Notes: generated by a model from the letters alone, not told the origin. A stretch of DNA of 64,000 nucleotides from Rhodothermales bacterium (GCA_965215165.1 CBDCCX010000006.1:524181-588180); one strand, 5' to 3'. Counted from the stretch's first letter, positions 36,350 through 45,814 are shown. Translations and numbers: made by a program.

Positions 36350-36351
36350 GC

Positions 36352-36389
36352 GAGGGTCGGGAGGTCGAGGGGTCGGAGGTCGGGGCGTC
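36352..36389. repeat. Five 7-8-nt G-rich...GTC tandem units just upstream of the DUF4175 start
   Basis: GAGGGTC GGGAGGTC GAGGGGTC GGAGGTC GGGGCGTC. Confidence 0.6.
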
Positions 36390-36607
36390 GAACATACCAC
36401 CGCGCGCGGCGGAGGATTCAGAACGCGAGGCGAGACGGGAGATTGTCTCGGGGCGATTCGAAGTGCGCCTGGCTCGGCCCCGATTCGGTTCTCGGTAGAT
36501 TCCATCCTCCCTCAGACCTCGGTGTGGCCGCCCCCCGTTGCCCCGACGCGCACAATTCTTGTAGCGCGGCGCGGTTGTTCCGCTTTCCACCGCTCACCTC
36601 CTCGTTC

Positions 36608-38620
36608 GTGCTCCCCATCCTGAACCATCGCCGCCTCGCGTGGACGCTGTGTGTCGCGCTGACGGCAGCCAGTCCTGCCCTCGCCCAAACCCCAGCAGAC
36701 TCGCTCCGGCAGTACGATCTCGGCGAGGTCGTCGTCGGCGGCGGCAAGGCGGCGCAAGCGCCGTCGCCCTCGACGGTGCAGCGCATCCCGCTGGCGCAGA
36801 TCGACCGGCTCGACGCGCCGAGCGCGGCGGACGTGGCGCGGCTCGTCCCGGCGGCGCACGTCCAGACCAACTCGCGCGGCGAGACCCTCGTCTACCTCCG
36901 CTCGGCCGGCGAGCGGCAGGTCGCGCTCTTCTTCGACGGCGCGCTCGTCAACATCCCGTGGGACAACCGGGTCGACCTCTCGCTGCTGCCGGCGGGCGTG
37001 ATCGGCGGGGTGACGGTGGCGAAGGGGGTGCCGTCGGTGCTGTGGGGGGCGAACGTGCTCGGCGGGGCGATCAACATGGTCTCGCGCGGGCTGGAGGGCG
37101 AGGGGGCCGTCACCGAGGTCACGGCGCAAGGCGGCTCCCAAGCCTTCGGCCAGGGCACGGCAACGCACCTCGGCCGGCGCGGGCCGCTCGCGTGGGTCGG
37201 GTCCGCCGGGTTCGCCCGGCGCGCCGGGTTCGCGCTGCCCGGCGACCGGGGCGAGGCGGGCCTCGAGTTCAGCCAGCCCTCGGCGAGCGTCCGCACCAAC
37301 ACCGACTACCGCCTCGCCAGCGGCTTCGCCCGCGTCGCCTTCGAGCCGTCGCCGGCCGCGCGCTTCGGCGTCTCGCTCCTGCACGTCGACAGCGAGAAGG
37401 GCATCGCGCCGGAGGGCAACCGCGACCCGGCCGAGCGCCGCGTCCGGTTCTGGCGTTACCCCGAGTGGCGGATGACGATGGCGACGCTCAACACCGAGAA
37501 CGCGCTCGGGGCGAGAACGACGTTTCGCGGCGCGGTGTGGGGCAGCCGCTTCACGCAGGAGATCGACCAGTACGGCGGGGCCGACTACGCCCAGGTCGAC
37601 GAGCGGCAGGAGGACGAGGACCTGACGGTCGGGACGCGGGGCGTACTCGAGCACCGGTTCGCGCCGGCCACGCTCCGGCTCGCCGTCAACGCGCTCGGCT
37701 CCACGCACTGGCAGCGGGAGGTAGGCTTCGAGGAGGGACGGGCGAGCGCCGCGCCGCGCCAGACCTTTCGCCAGACCCTGACGAGCTTGGGCCTCGAGGT
37801 CGAGACCGCACCGCGCCCGGCGCTCACGCTCACCGCCGGCGCGAGCCTCGACGCGCTCGGGACCCCGGAGACGGGCGACAAGCCCGCCCGCGACGGGTTC
37901 CTGGACTACGGCCTGACCGGCGGGGCCGTCTACCGGCTCAGCCCGGCGTGGACCGTCAACGCCTCGGCCGGCCGCAAGACGCGCTTCCCGACACTCCGCG
38001 AGCTGTTCGGCGAGGCCCTCCGGCGGTTCGCGCTCAACCCCGACCTCCGGCCCGAGTCGTCACTTCTGGCCGAGGTCGGCGTGCGGCACGCGGGCGAGGT
38101 GGTCTCGGGCGGGGCCACGCTCTTCCTCAACCGCACCGACGACACCATCGACCAGGAGGACCTCGAGGACGGGAGGCGGCAGCGGGTCAACCTGGACGGC
38201 AGCCGCGTGGTGGGCGTCGAGGTGGCGGGAGCCGTGCGCCCTCTGCCGCGCGTCCGGCTCGACGGGCACCTGACGGTGATGGACGTGCGCGGCTTCGAGG
38301 ACGGGCGCACGACGCGGCTCTCCGAGAAGCCCGAGGCCATCGGCCGCCTGGCGGCGAGCTACACGCGGGGCCGGGGCCTGAGCGCGACGGCCGAGGCGGT
38401 CTACACGGGCGTCGCCTTTTCGAAGGACGAGGGCGACTTCGTCCGGCTCGACCCGTCGCTCGCGCTCAACCTCCGGGCGAGCTACCGGCTGACGGTCCGC
38501 GCCGTCTCGGCCGAGGTCTTCGCCCGCGTCAACAACCTCACCGACGCCGTCGTGCTGCCGCAGCTCGGCCTGCCGGGGCCGGGCCGCGAGCTCCAGGCCG
38601 GTCTCAAGCTGGCCCTGTGA
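36608..38620 (+). CDS. TonB-dependent receptor
   Basis: Signal peptide ending ALAQ; TonB-box-like LGEVVVGG; plug FDGALVN...GANVLGGAINMV; C-terminal RVNNLTD...GRELQAGLKLAL; GTG start at 36608 inferred. Confidence 0.9.
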   Translation: MLPILNHRRLAWTLCVALTAASPALAQTPADSLRQYDLGEVVVGGGKAAQAPSPSTVQRIPLAQIDRLDAPSAADVARLVPAAHVQTNSRGETLVYLRSAGERQVALFFDGALVNIPWDNRVDLSLLPAGVIGGVTVAKGVPSVLWGANVLGGAINMVSRGLEGEGAVTEVTAQGGSQAFGQGTATHLGRRGPLAWVGSAGFARRAGFALPGDRGEAGLEFSQPSASVRTNTDYRLASGFARVAFEPSPAARFGVSLLHVDSEKGIAPEGNRDPAERRVRFWRYPEWRMTMATLNTENALGARTTFRGAVWGSRFTQEIDQYGGADYAQVDERQEDEDLTVGTRGVLEHRFAPATLRLAVNALGSTHWQREVGFEEGRASAAPRQTFRQTLTSLGLEVETAPRPALTLTAGASLDALGTPETGDKPARDGFLDYGLTGGAVYRLSPAWTVNASAGRKTRFPTLRELFGEALRRFALNPDLRPESSLLAEVGVRHAGEVVSGGATLFLNRTDDTIDQEDLEDGRRQRVNLDGSRVVGVEVAGAVRPLPRVRLDGHLTVMDVRGFEDGRTTRLSEKPEAIGRLAASYTRGRGLSATAEAVYTGVAFSKDEGDFVRLDPSLALNLRASYRLTVRAVSAEVFARVNNLTDAVVLPQLGLPGPGRELQAGLKLAL

Positions 38621-38924
38621 CGGCCCCCGCAATCGGCCCAACCTTGACGTGCTGGCTGTGGGCGACGGTCGGCGCGGCGAAGCCCGGCTTCGTCTTGGCC
38701 CAGGTCGCGCGGAAGAGGTCGCTGTGGCGGTAGGCGTCGAGCGCCTCGGCGCTGTCCCACTGGCTGTAGGTGGTGAGGATGGTGGGGTAGCGCGCGTCCT
38801 CCCACAGCTCGAGGTGGCGGCACCCGGCCACCGCCCGAATCTGCGGCGCGACGGCCTCGAACATCGCGAGGAAGGCCGGCAGGGCGTCAGGCCGAAAGGT
38901 CATGCGGACGGTGCGGAGGAGCAT
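38604..38924 (-). CDS. Antibiotic biosynthesis monooxygenase (ABM) family protein
   Basis: MLLRTVRMTF, GCRHLEL, TTYSQWDSAEALDAYRHSDLF. Confidence 0.85.
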   Translation of the reverse strand: MLLRTVRMTFRPDALPAFLAMFEAVAPQIRAVAGCRHLELWEDARYPTILTTYSQWDSAEALDAYRHSDLFRATWAKTKPGFAAPTVAHSQHVKVGPIAGAVTGPA

Positions 38925-39055
38925 GGGATAGAGGGCGGAGGGCAGACCAAGCTGGCAAAGGTACCGACCGTGGCCCCATCTGCCTGTGGGAGCGAACGAC
39001 GTTCGCCCGGCACCCGAGGAGGTGCTGCGACCGAGCCTCGGCTAGATCGGTCCCG

Positions 39056-40489
39056 CTACCGTTCAGCCACCGCCCACTGCCCGACCGGGCACGTCAGGCA
39101 CCGGCCCTCGGTGCAGCGCGTGCGGTAGAGCTGGTGCAGGCCCTGCGCTTCGAGCGCGCTCCGGGGCGCGGTGCCGAGGCGCTCGAAGTGGCGCGTAACC
39201 TCGTCGCTCGTGGCCGGCAACTGCCGGTAGAGGTCGAGCAGGCGGGCGTCGAGCGGCGTGTCGTCGGTCTGCTCGGCCCAGAGCAGGAGGACGGGGAGGA
39301 CGGCGTTCGTCAAGATGTCGTCGGCGCGGCGGCGGCCGAGGCCGGCGGACATCGGCTTGCACGGACGGTCGAGGCGGACGTGGGTCGCCCAGAAGGGACC
39401 CGGCACCGTGTCAGTCAGCAGACGGCGGAGCGCGGCGAGCGGGCGGGCGGTCCGTGCCGCGTCGGCGAGACGGACGACGGGGTCGCGGCGGAGGAGGCCG
39501 CCGGGCGCGGCGAGGGCGGCGGCCTGCGCGATGCGCCGGGCGGGCAGGCTCGGGGCGCGGAGGCGCGCGCGCGTCCACGCCGTCGGGTTCATCGGCTGGG
39601 CCGGTTCGGTCGCGGTCAGGGTGTCGAAGCGGGTGCGGAGGTTCGCCATATAGGCGGCGGTCTCGGTGTCTTCGATCCCGCCGCGCGGCAGCAGGCCGGC
39701 GGCCCCGAAGAGCAGCGCCTCGGCGTCGCGCCGGTCCGGCAGGGCGCGGAGGCGACGTAGCGGCACGCGACGGGCGAGTCGCTCCATCGGCTCGGCGTTT
39801 TTGGCGTAGCCCAGGGCGCGCAGCGTGCGCTCGTAGAGGAGCTGCTCGAGGTCGGGCGAGGTCAGGAACGCTTCGGCGAGGGTGGCGCGGCGGGCCGCTA
39901 GGCGCTCGGTGCCGCGGTCGTGGACGAGGGTGCGGCGCATCGCCTCGGGGGCCTTGGGCCAGTGAGCAGCGCAGGGGAGGTCGGGCGTCGGCGTGGCGTA
40001 GAAGCGGTGGAGGAGCGCGCGGAGCGAGTCCTGGAGGCGCGGGTAGAGTACGACCTCAGGGAGCACGGTCCCGTCGCTGCGCCGGAGGCGGCCGGTGTGC
40101 CGGTCTGCCACGAGCGTGACGTGGAGCACGACGCGGTCGTAGCGCGGGTCCTGGTCGTGGCGGTGCTCGATCCACTCGCCCGAGGTGCGGTGCACCTCCA
40201 CGTCGCCCGACCACGCCAGCGCGCCGACGTGCAGCCGCGCCCCGGTGAAGTCTGGCCCGGCGTCGGTGTTGAGCGCGCCCGGGTGCCAGACCTCGACCGG
40301 CTCGCCCTCGGACGTGCGGAGGTCGGCGTGGCGAAAGCGGAGGCTGCGCCAGATGCCCTGGATGACGGCCTCGGGGACGTGCTGCACCCGGGCGTCCGGC
40401 TCGTGGAGGACGACGAGCCGGTCGTCGGCAGAGCTTCGGGTCGAAGTGTCGCGGTAGGCAATCGGAGGCGGTTCGAGGACGGCGAGCAT
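39056..40489 (-). CDS. DUF2851 family protein
   Basis: HPGALNTDAGPDF, WSGDVEVH, HRHDQDPRYDRVVLHV, NAVLP, QGLHQLY...CLTCPVG. Confidence 0.88.
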   Translation of the reverse strand: MLAVLEPPPIAYRDTSTRSSADDRLVVLHEPDARVQHVPEAVIQGIWRSLRFRHADLRTSEGEPVEVWHPGALNTDAGPDFTGARLHVGALAWSGDVEVHRTSGEWIEHRHDQDPRYDRVVLHVTLVADRHTGRLRRSDGTVLPEVVLYPRLQDSLRALLHRFYATPTPDLPCAAHWPKAPEAMRRTLVHDRGTERLAARRATLAEAFLTSPDLEQLLYERTLRALGYAKNAEPMERLARRVPLRRLRALPDRRDAEALLFGAAGLLPRGGIEDTETAAYMANLRTRFDTLTATEPAQPMNPTAWTRARLRAPSLPARRIAQAAALAAPGGLLRRDPVVRLADAARTARPLAALRRLLTDTVPGPFWATHVRLDRPCKPMSAGLGRRRADDILTNAVLPVLLLWAEQTDDTPLDARLLDLYRQLPATSDEVTRHFERLGTAPRSALEAQGLHQLYRTRCTEGRCLTCPVGQWAVAER

Positions 40490-40544
40490 GGCGCGAGTCG
40501 GAAGGTGGAGACTCCCTAGACGCGCAGCCCCGCCCCGCGTAACC

Positions 40545-41357
40545 TCACCCGGCCGGGTCGCCGAGCGCGTCGCGCAGCGCTTCGGCCGCGCGGCGGGCCG
40601 CCTCCGCGAAGTCGTCGCCGCCCGAGGCGTAGAGGATGCCTCGGCTGCTGTTGACCAGCAGCGGCCCGGAGCCGGCGGCCGCCACCACCGCCGCCGCATC
40701 GCCCCCCTGCGCGCCGACGCCGGGGACGAGGAACGGCGCGTCGGGATAGGCGGACCTCAGTTCGGCCAGCAGCCCCGGCCGCGTCGCGCCCACGACGAAT
40801 CCGGCCTCGCCGGGCCGGTCGGCCGCGGCCTCGACCGCGAGCCGCGCCACGCGCCGGTAGACCGGCTCGCCCTCGGCGACCAGGTCCTGCACCTCCGCGC
40901 CGCTCGGGTTCGAGGTGGCGACGAGCACGAACGCGCACCGGCCCTCCTGTTCGAGAAAGGGGACCACCGAGTCCGTGCCCATGTACGGCGCGACCGTCAC
41001 CGCATCGGCGGCCACGCCCTCATAGAAGGCGTGAGCGTACTTCCGCGCCGTATTCCCGATGTCGCCCCGCTTGGCGTCGGCGATCACGAGGCGGCCGTCG
41101 GGCACGGCGGCGACGGTCTCCTCGAAGACCCGCCACCCCTCCGCTCCGAGGGCTTCGTAGAAGGCGAGGTTCGGTTTGAAGGCGCAGGCGACCTCCGCCG
41201 TGGCCTCGATGACGGCGCGGTTGAACGCGAGCATGGCCTCGGCTGCGGGCCGGTCGCGGAACGGGCGCGGCAGCCGCGCCGGGTCGGGGTCGAGGCCGAC
41301 GCAGACGCGGGAGCGCGTGGCGGCCTGAGCGGCGCGGAGTCGGTCGGTGAAGGACAC
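40545..41357 (-). CDS. pyrF: Orotidine-5'-phosphate decarboxylase
   Basis: VCVGLDPD, FKPNLAFYEALG, DAKRGDIGNTA, TSNPS, LVPGVGAQGG, NSSRGILYAS. Confidence 0.96.
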   Translation of the reverse strand: MSFTDRLRAAQAATRSRVCVGLDPDPARLPRPFRDRPAAEAMLAFNRAVIEATAEVACAFKPNLAFYEALGAEGWRVFEETVAAVPDGRLVIADAKRGDIGNTARKYAHAFYEGVAADAVTVAPYMGTDSVVPFLEQEGRCAFVLVATSNPSGAEVQDLVAEGEPVYRRVARLAVEAAADRPGEAGFVVGATRPGLLAELRSAYPDAPFLVPGVGAQGGDAAAVVAAAGSGPLLVNSSRGILYASGGDDFAEAARRAAEALRDALGDPAG

Positions 41358-41375
41358 GGGCGAGGGTGGAGGTTA

Positions 41376-41535
41376 GGCTGTGTCCGGTGATTCAGACCGA
41401 AGGCGAGCCTGAGCACGCCGCGATCTCAGCCAGGCGTGCGAGAAGCCAGATGCCGTAGCATCGGGCGATGAGCACAACGCGGCTGCGGCCGTCGAGGGCC
41501 GGGCGCAGGCCGTGGTGGATTCACCGGACATGGCC
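41376..41535. mobile_element. 160-bp MITE-like element, copy B
   Basis: TIR GGCTGTGTCCGGTGATTC vs GGCCATGTCCGGTGAATC (15/18); TTA flanks both ends (41373-41375, 41536-41538); hairpin GATGC-CGTA-GCATC exactly central. Confidence 0.82.
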
Positions 41536-42321
41536 TTAGAGCTTGATGAGTTCCGCTTGTTCGTAGCGGCGGTCGGCTCCGGCCACGAGGTCGGCCTCGC
41601 GGTCGCGGCGCTTGAGCAGGCCGGGCAGGCCGCGGTTTTCCCACAGCCGCTTCATCGCCCGGATCTGCTCGGCGATGCCGCCGAGGTCGCCGTTCCGCAC
41701 GAGCGCTTCGAGGGCTTTCATCTCGCGGCGTCGCGCGCCCGACTTGCTCGCGCCCCGGTTGTAGACCAGCGACAGCAGCGCTGCCTGGGCGTCGGCCGGA
41801 AGTTCCTCGATGCCCGGATAGGCGCGGCGGGTGAGCCGGGCGAAGCGCGGCAGCGTCGAGGTGTAGAACACGACCTTCGCCGCCTCGAACGGCACCGTGA
41901 CGTGACTGACGCCGTCGCGGGCCTGGTTGGCCGCCTCGCCCTTCCTCCCCACGATGGTCAGCAGGCTGGCGAGGTCGGCGTCGGTGATCCGCCCGCGCCA
42001 GTCTTTCTCGATCTGCCCAGCGGGGGTGTGCCCGAGGTCGTACCCGATGCCGACTGTGAGGCCGCTCTCGCCGCCGGGCCAGACGGGGTGCGTGAGGCTC
42101 CGCCGGTAGAACGCCTCCGACGAGATCTCCTCGCGGACGATCAGGCTCAGCCCGCGCTGCGACACGACGAGGTTGGCCGGCTCCTCGTCGAGCGGTCCGA
42201 GGCAGCTCGTCAGCACGGCTTCGAGCCGGGTGAGCGAGACGGGGCCGAGGAGGCCGTCAGCCACGACGCCAAGGCGGCGCTGCACGGCCTGGATGCGCTC
42301 CTTGATGGTCAGGGTGCTCAT
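41536..42321 (-). CDS. Peptidoglycan-binding, pesticin/lysozyme-like muramidase
   Basis: N-terminal QRRLGVVADGLLGPVS (PG-binding); VWPGGESGLTVGIGYDLG; ALLSLVYNRG; GLLKRRDRE; no signal peptide. Confidence 0.8.
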   Translation of the reverse strand: MSTLTIKERIQAVQRRLGVVADGLLGPVSLTRLEAVLTSCLGPLDEEPANLVVSQRGLSLIVREEISSEAFYRRSLTHPVWPGGESGLTVGIGYDLGHTPAGQIEKDWRGRITDADLASLLTIVGRKGEAANQARDGVSHVTVPFEAAKVVFYTSTLPRFARLTRRAYPGIEELPADAQAALLSLVYNRGASKSGARRREMKALEALVRNGDLGGIAEQIRAMKRLWENRGLPGLLKRRDREADLVAGADRRYEQAELIKL

Positions 42322-42347
42322 GGCGCGGAGGAATGGCGGATCGCAAA

Positions 42348-43322
42348 CTACGGCGTAGCGTGGCGTAGCGTCTCGGCGAAGCGCTCCGGCAGCCGCCAGG
42401 GGTCGCGGCGGACGCGGCTCCACTCGAAGCGTGCGACGAGCGCGGCTGCCGACACCGGCTTCGGCGCATCGCTCAGCCCGAGCGAGTGGGCGAGCGCCCC
42501 GACGAGCGCCTCGGGCGCAACCCCTGCCTCGCGCAGGCTGCGGAGCGTCAGGCCGGCGTCGCGCTTCGAGAGCTTCTCGCCCTCGGCGCTGAGCACGAGC
42601 GGGAGGTGGGCATACGCCGGCACCGTTCCGCCGAGCGCCTCGAGGAGCTGTACCTGCCGCGCCGTCGAGTCCAGCAGGTCCGCCCCGCGCACGACCTCGG
42701 TGACGCCCATCGCGAGGTCGTCCACGACCACGGCGAGCTGGTAAGCATAGAGTCCGTCGCGCCGCTTGAGGACGAAGTCGCCCGTCGTCTCGCTGACCGT
42801 TTCGGTGACGACGCCTTGCACCCAGTCCTCGAACGTCACGGCACCGTCGCGGACCAGGAAGCGCAGTGCGGCATCGGGGTGCGCGCCGAGCCGGTCGAGC
42901 CAGTCCGGGGCGAGGGCGCTCGGCCGGAGCGACGCAGGGTAGGGTGGGAGGCCGGAGCCGCCGTGCGGGGCCGAAGCGATTTCGCGCAAGTCCTTCCGTG
43001 AGCGGCGACACGGGAACAGCCGCCCGGCCTCAGCCAGCCGGTGCAGCGCGGCCTCGTAGAGCGCAGACCGCTCGCTCTGCACGTAGGGCGCGTGCGGGCC
43101 GCCCACGTCCGGTCCCTCGTCCCAATCTAGCCCGAGCCACCGCAGGTCTTCCAGCGCGGCCTCGGCGGTGCCGGCGACAGCGCGCGGCGGGTCGAGGTCC
43201 TCAATCCGCCAGACGAACGCCCCGCCCCGGCGTCGCGCCGAGAGCCACGCCGCCAGTGCCGTCCGCGCGCTGCCGACGTGGAGCAGCCCCGTCGGGCTCG
43301 GCGCGAACCGGCCGCGCGGCAT
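42348..43322 (-). CDS. gluQ: Glutamyl-Q tRNA(Asp) synthetase
   Basis: GRFAPSPTGLLHVGS, RIEDLDPPR, DFVLKRRDGLYAYQLAVVVDD, RGADLL, KLSKR; no anticodon-binding domain. Confidence 0.93.
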   Translation of the reverse strand: MPRGRFAPSPTGLLHVGSARTALAAWLSARRRGGAFVWRIEDLDPPRAVAGTAEAALEDLRWLGLDWDEGPDVGGPHAPYVQSERSALYEAALHRLAEAGRLFPCRRSRKDLREIASAPHGGSGLPPYPASLRPSALAPDWLDRLGAHPDAALRFLVRDGAVTFEDWVQGVVTETVSETTGDFVLKRRDGLYAYQLAVVVDDLAMGVTEVVRGADLLDSTARQVQLLEALGGTVPAYAHLPLVLSAEGEKLSKRDAGLTLRSLREAGVAPEALVGALAHSLGLSDAPKPVSAAALVARFEWSRVRRDPWRLPERFAETLRHATP

Positions 43323-43348
43323 GGTGTCCCTCAGCGCAGCCGGAGGCG

Positions 43349-43678
43349 TCACGGCAGAAAGACGTCGAAGGCCGTGCCCACGAGGGTGTCGAGCAGCGCC
43401 GAGCGGAAGCGGTCGAGCCGCGCCAGGCCCAGCCCGAGCTGCTTCAGCGACTCCAGCTCGGCCAGGTCGCGCTTGCCCTGCACGAGCCAGGTGAAGTCCT
43501 CGGGCGTCAGCGCACCGGCGGCGAGCAGCTCGGTCCAGCGCACCAAGTCAGCCTCGGCTTGGTCGACAAACGCGAGGCCGTCGCCGAGGGCGGCGTCGCG
43601 GACCTCGGCCCACTCGTCGAGCGCGATCGCCCTGAGGCGGTCGAGAAACGTATCGCGGAAGGTGTCGAAACCGGGCAT
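43349..43678 (-). CDS. Hypothetical 109-aa helical protein
   Basis: Acidic/Leu-rich ORF with normal codon bias; starts 5 nt after the lipoprotein stop. Confidence 0.75.
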   Translation of the reverse strand: MPGFDTFRDTFLDRLRAIALDEWAEVRDAALGDGLAFVDQAEADLVRWTELLAAGALTPEDFTWLVQGKRDLAELESLKQLGLGLARLDRFRSALLDTLVGTAFDVFLP

Positions 43679-43683
43679 GGCAG

Positions 43684-44112
43684 TCACTCGAGGTCGTCGG
43701 GCCGGAGCTTGCCGCTCTCCAGCCCGATCACAGTGTCGAAGGCGTCGGCAACGACCCGCTGCGCCTCGGCGACGAAGACGGGGGAGAGGGTGCCCTGCGC
43801 TTCCCACCGGGCGAGGAAGCCGCCGAGCAGGTTGCGGTCGGCGGCGGTGAGGATCGCCCACTGCCGGGCGCTGATCTCGTTCTGGGGACGCCCGAGCGCG
43901 AACTCGTAGGCTTTCTCCAGCTCCAGCCGCAGCGCCTCGACGGCGTCGCGGTGCGCGTCGAACGGCTCCGTCGCCGCCCCCATCAGCGCCAGCGACTCGA
44001 CCTTGAGCGACACGGCCTGCTCGTAGGCCGCTTCGCTGAACGGCGCAATCGTCGGCGCGCACCCGGCCAGGGCGAGCAAGGCCAGAAGCAGAACCGGTCG
44101 GGGGTGTCGCAT
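43684..44112 (-). CDS. Hypothetical helical lipoprotein
   Basis: Lipobox LALAGC; TATCTT -10-like element at 44136-44141 on the minus strand. Confidence 0.8.
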   Translation of the reverse strand: MRHPRPVLLLALLALAGCAPTIAPFSEAAYEQAVSLKVESLALMGAATEPFDAHRDAVEALRLELEKAYEFALGRPQNEISARQWAILTAADRNLLGGFLARWEAQGTLSPVFVAEAQRVVADAFDTVIGLESGKLRPDDLE

Positions 44113-44213
44113 GGCTGCAAGCGTGTCGAGCGAGAAAGATAGGGCTGCCGCTGAACTCTGGCCTGCCCAGCCGGTAACATGCGATCCTTTCTTTCCACCT
44201 CTCCCTTCCCGTC

Positions 44214-44423
44214 ATGGCCGACCAGAACCCCGAGCGTAACCTCCGCGAACGTGACCCCGCTGAGGTCGCGCAGAACCGCGCCAGCGGCACCAGCGCCGAC
44301 AACTCCGACCGCGATCAGACCGGCGACGACAACGTCAAGCACGGCCGCCGCAAGCAGCAGGACGACATCCAGGGCGGCGGCGGCGGCAGCAAAGGCGGCG
44401 GCGGCGACAAGAAGGACAGCTAA
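44214..44423 (+). CDS. Small hydrophilic Gly/Asp/Lys-rich protein (hydrophilin-like)
   Basis: 69 aa, no hydrophobic core; typical C-rich start context; high GC3. Confidence 0.6.
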   Translation: MADQNPERNLRERDPAEVAQNRASGTSADNSDRDQTGDDNVKHGRRKQQDDIQGGGGGSKGGGGDKKDS

Positions 44424-44425
44424 CC

Positions 44426-45814
44426 TCAGCCGAGCAAGACGCCGGCGATGGTGGCCGTCATCAGATTCGCGAGCGTCCCGGCGAGCACCGCGCGCAGGCC
44501 CAGCCCCGCGATCTCGCCCGTCCGCTCCGGCGCGAGCGGCCCGATCCCGCCGATCTGGATCCCGATCGAGGACAGGTTGGCGAAGCCGCACAGCGCGAAC
44601 GTCGCCATGACGATGGTCTTGGGGTGGAGCGTGCCGGCCCCGATGGCGTCGGCGAACTGGCTGTAGGCGACGAACTCGTTGGCGATGACCTTCGTCCCGA
44701 TGAAGCCGCCGAACGTCGTGATGTCGGCCGTCGGCACGCCGATGAGCCACGCGACGGGCGCGAGGACGGTCCCCAGGATCAGCTCCAGGGTGATCTCCAG
44801 GCCGACGAAGCCGAATGCCCAGGCGATGACCCCGTTCAGGATGGCGATGAGCGCGAGGAACGCGATCAGCATCGCGCCGATGTTGAGCGCCAGGCGCATC
44901 CCGTCGGACGCACCCGTCGCGGCGGCGTCGATCACGTTCTTCGGGCCGGGTTCGGTGACAGCCTCGACGGCCGCCTCGGCCGCCTCGTCGCTCGACGTGG
45001 CCGGGAGCGTCGCCTCGTCCGCGTCGGTGACGGGCAACGCGGCGTCGAGCACGGGGCGCGTCTCGGGGATCAGGATTTTGGCGAGGACCAGCGCGGCCGG
45101 CGCGGCCATCACGCTCGCCCCGAGGAGCTGCTCGGCGAAGAGCTGCTGCCCGGCCTCGACCGCGATCCCGGCGACCGCCGCGTAGCGCTCGCCGAGGAAG
45201 GCCACGTAGCTCGCCAGCACGCCGCCGGCGATCGTCGCCATGCCGCCGGTCATCACCGCCATCAGCTCGCTGCGCGAGAGCGTCTTGATGTAGGGCTTGA
45301 TGACGAGCGGCGCCTCGGTCTGCCCGACGAAGATGTTGGCGCTCACGCTCAGGCTCTCCGGCCCGCTCGTCCCCAGCGCCCGGCGGACAACGTAGGCCAC
45401 GCCGCGCACGATCACCTGCATGATGCCGAGGTAGTACAAGATCGCCATGAGCGAGGCGAAGACCACGACCGTCGGCAGGACGTAGGCGAAGAAGAAGAAC
45501 CCGAGCGAGCCGTCCGCGCCCGGCGGCAGCCCGAGGCTGCCGAAGATGAACGTCGCCCCGACCTCGACGGCCCCGAGGAACTTGACGAACAGCCCGGCGA
45601 CCCAGGCGAAGGCCAGCTTGGGCCAGCCCAGCGGCGCGAAGACGGCCGCCATGTCGTCGCCCTTGAGGATGACGACGGCGAAGACGAGCTGGAGCAGCAG
45701 CCCGGCCCCGATGGTCCGCCAGCGAACCCCGCGTCGGTCCGAGGAAAACGCGAAGGCGATTCCGAGGATCGCAACGAGGCCGAGGAGGCCGCGCAGGAGG
45801 GAGACGAGGTCCAT
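44426..45814 (-). CDS. Concentrative nucleoside transporter (CNT/NupC family)
   Basis: ESLSVSANIFVGQTEAPL, MTGGMATIAG, GTKVIANEFVAY, FALCGFANLSSIGIQIGG. Confidence 0.95.
   Translation of the reverse strand: MDLVSLLRGLLGLVAILGIAFAFSSDRRGVRWRTIGAGLLLQLVFAVVILKGDDMAAVFAPLGWPKLAFAWVAGLFVKFLGAVEVGATFIFGSLGLPPGADGSLGFFFFAYVLPTVVVFASLMAILYYLGIMQVIVRGVAYVVRRALGTSGPESLSVSANIFVGQTEAPLVIKPYIKTLSRSELMAVMTGGMATIAGGVLASYVAFLGERYAAVAGIAVEAGQQLFAEQLLGASVMAAPAALVLAKILIPETRPVLDAALPVTDADEATLPATSSDEAAEAAVEAVTEPGPKNVIDAAATGASDGMRLALNIGAMLIAFLALIAILNGVIAWAFGFVGLEITLELILGTVLAPVAWLIGVPTADITTFGGFIGTKVIANEFVAYSQFADAIGAGTLHPKTIVMATFALCGFANLSSIGIQIGGIGPLAPERTGEIAGLGLRAVLAGTLANLMTATIAGVLLG

Noticed and set aside
34502-36607. 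About 700-aa N-terminal extension of the TonB receptor ORF
   Set aside because: Antisense to DUF4175; the real signal peptide begins near 36608
36350-36607. Cobalamin riboswitch upstream of the TonB receptor
   Set aside because: No GGGAA...GGTG...CCC...ACTGT core found
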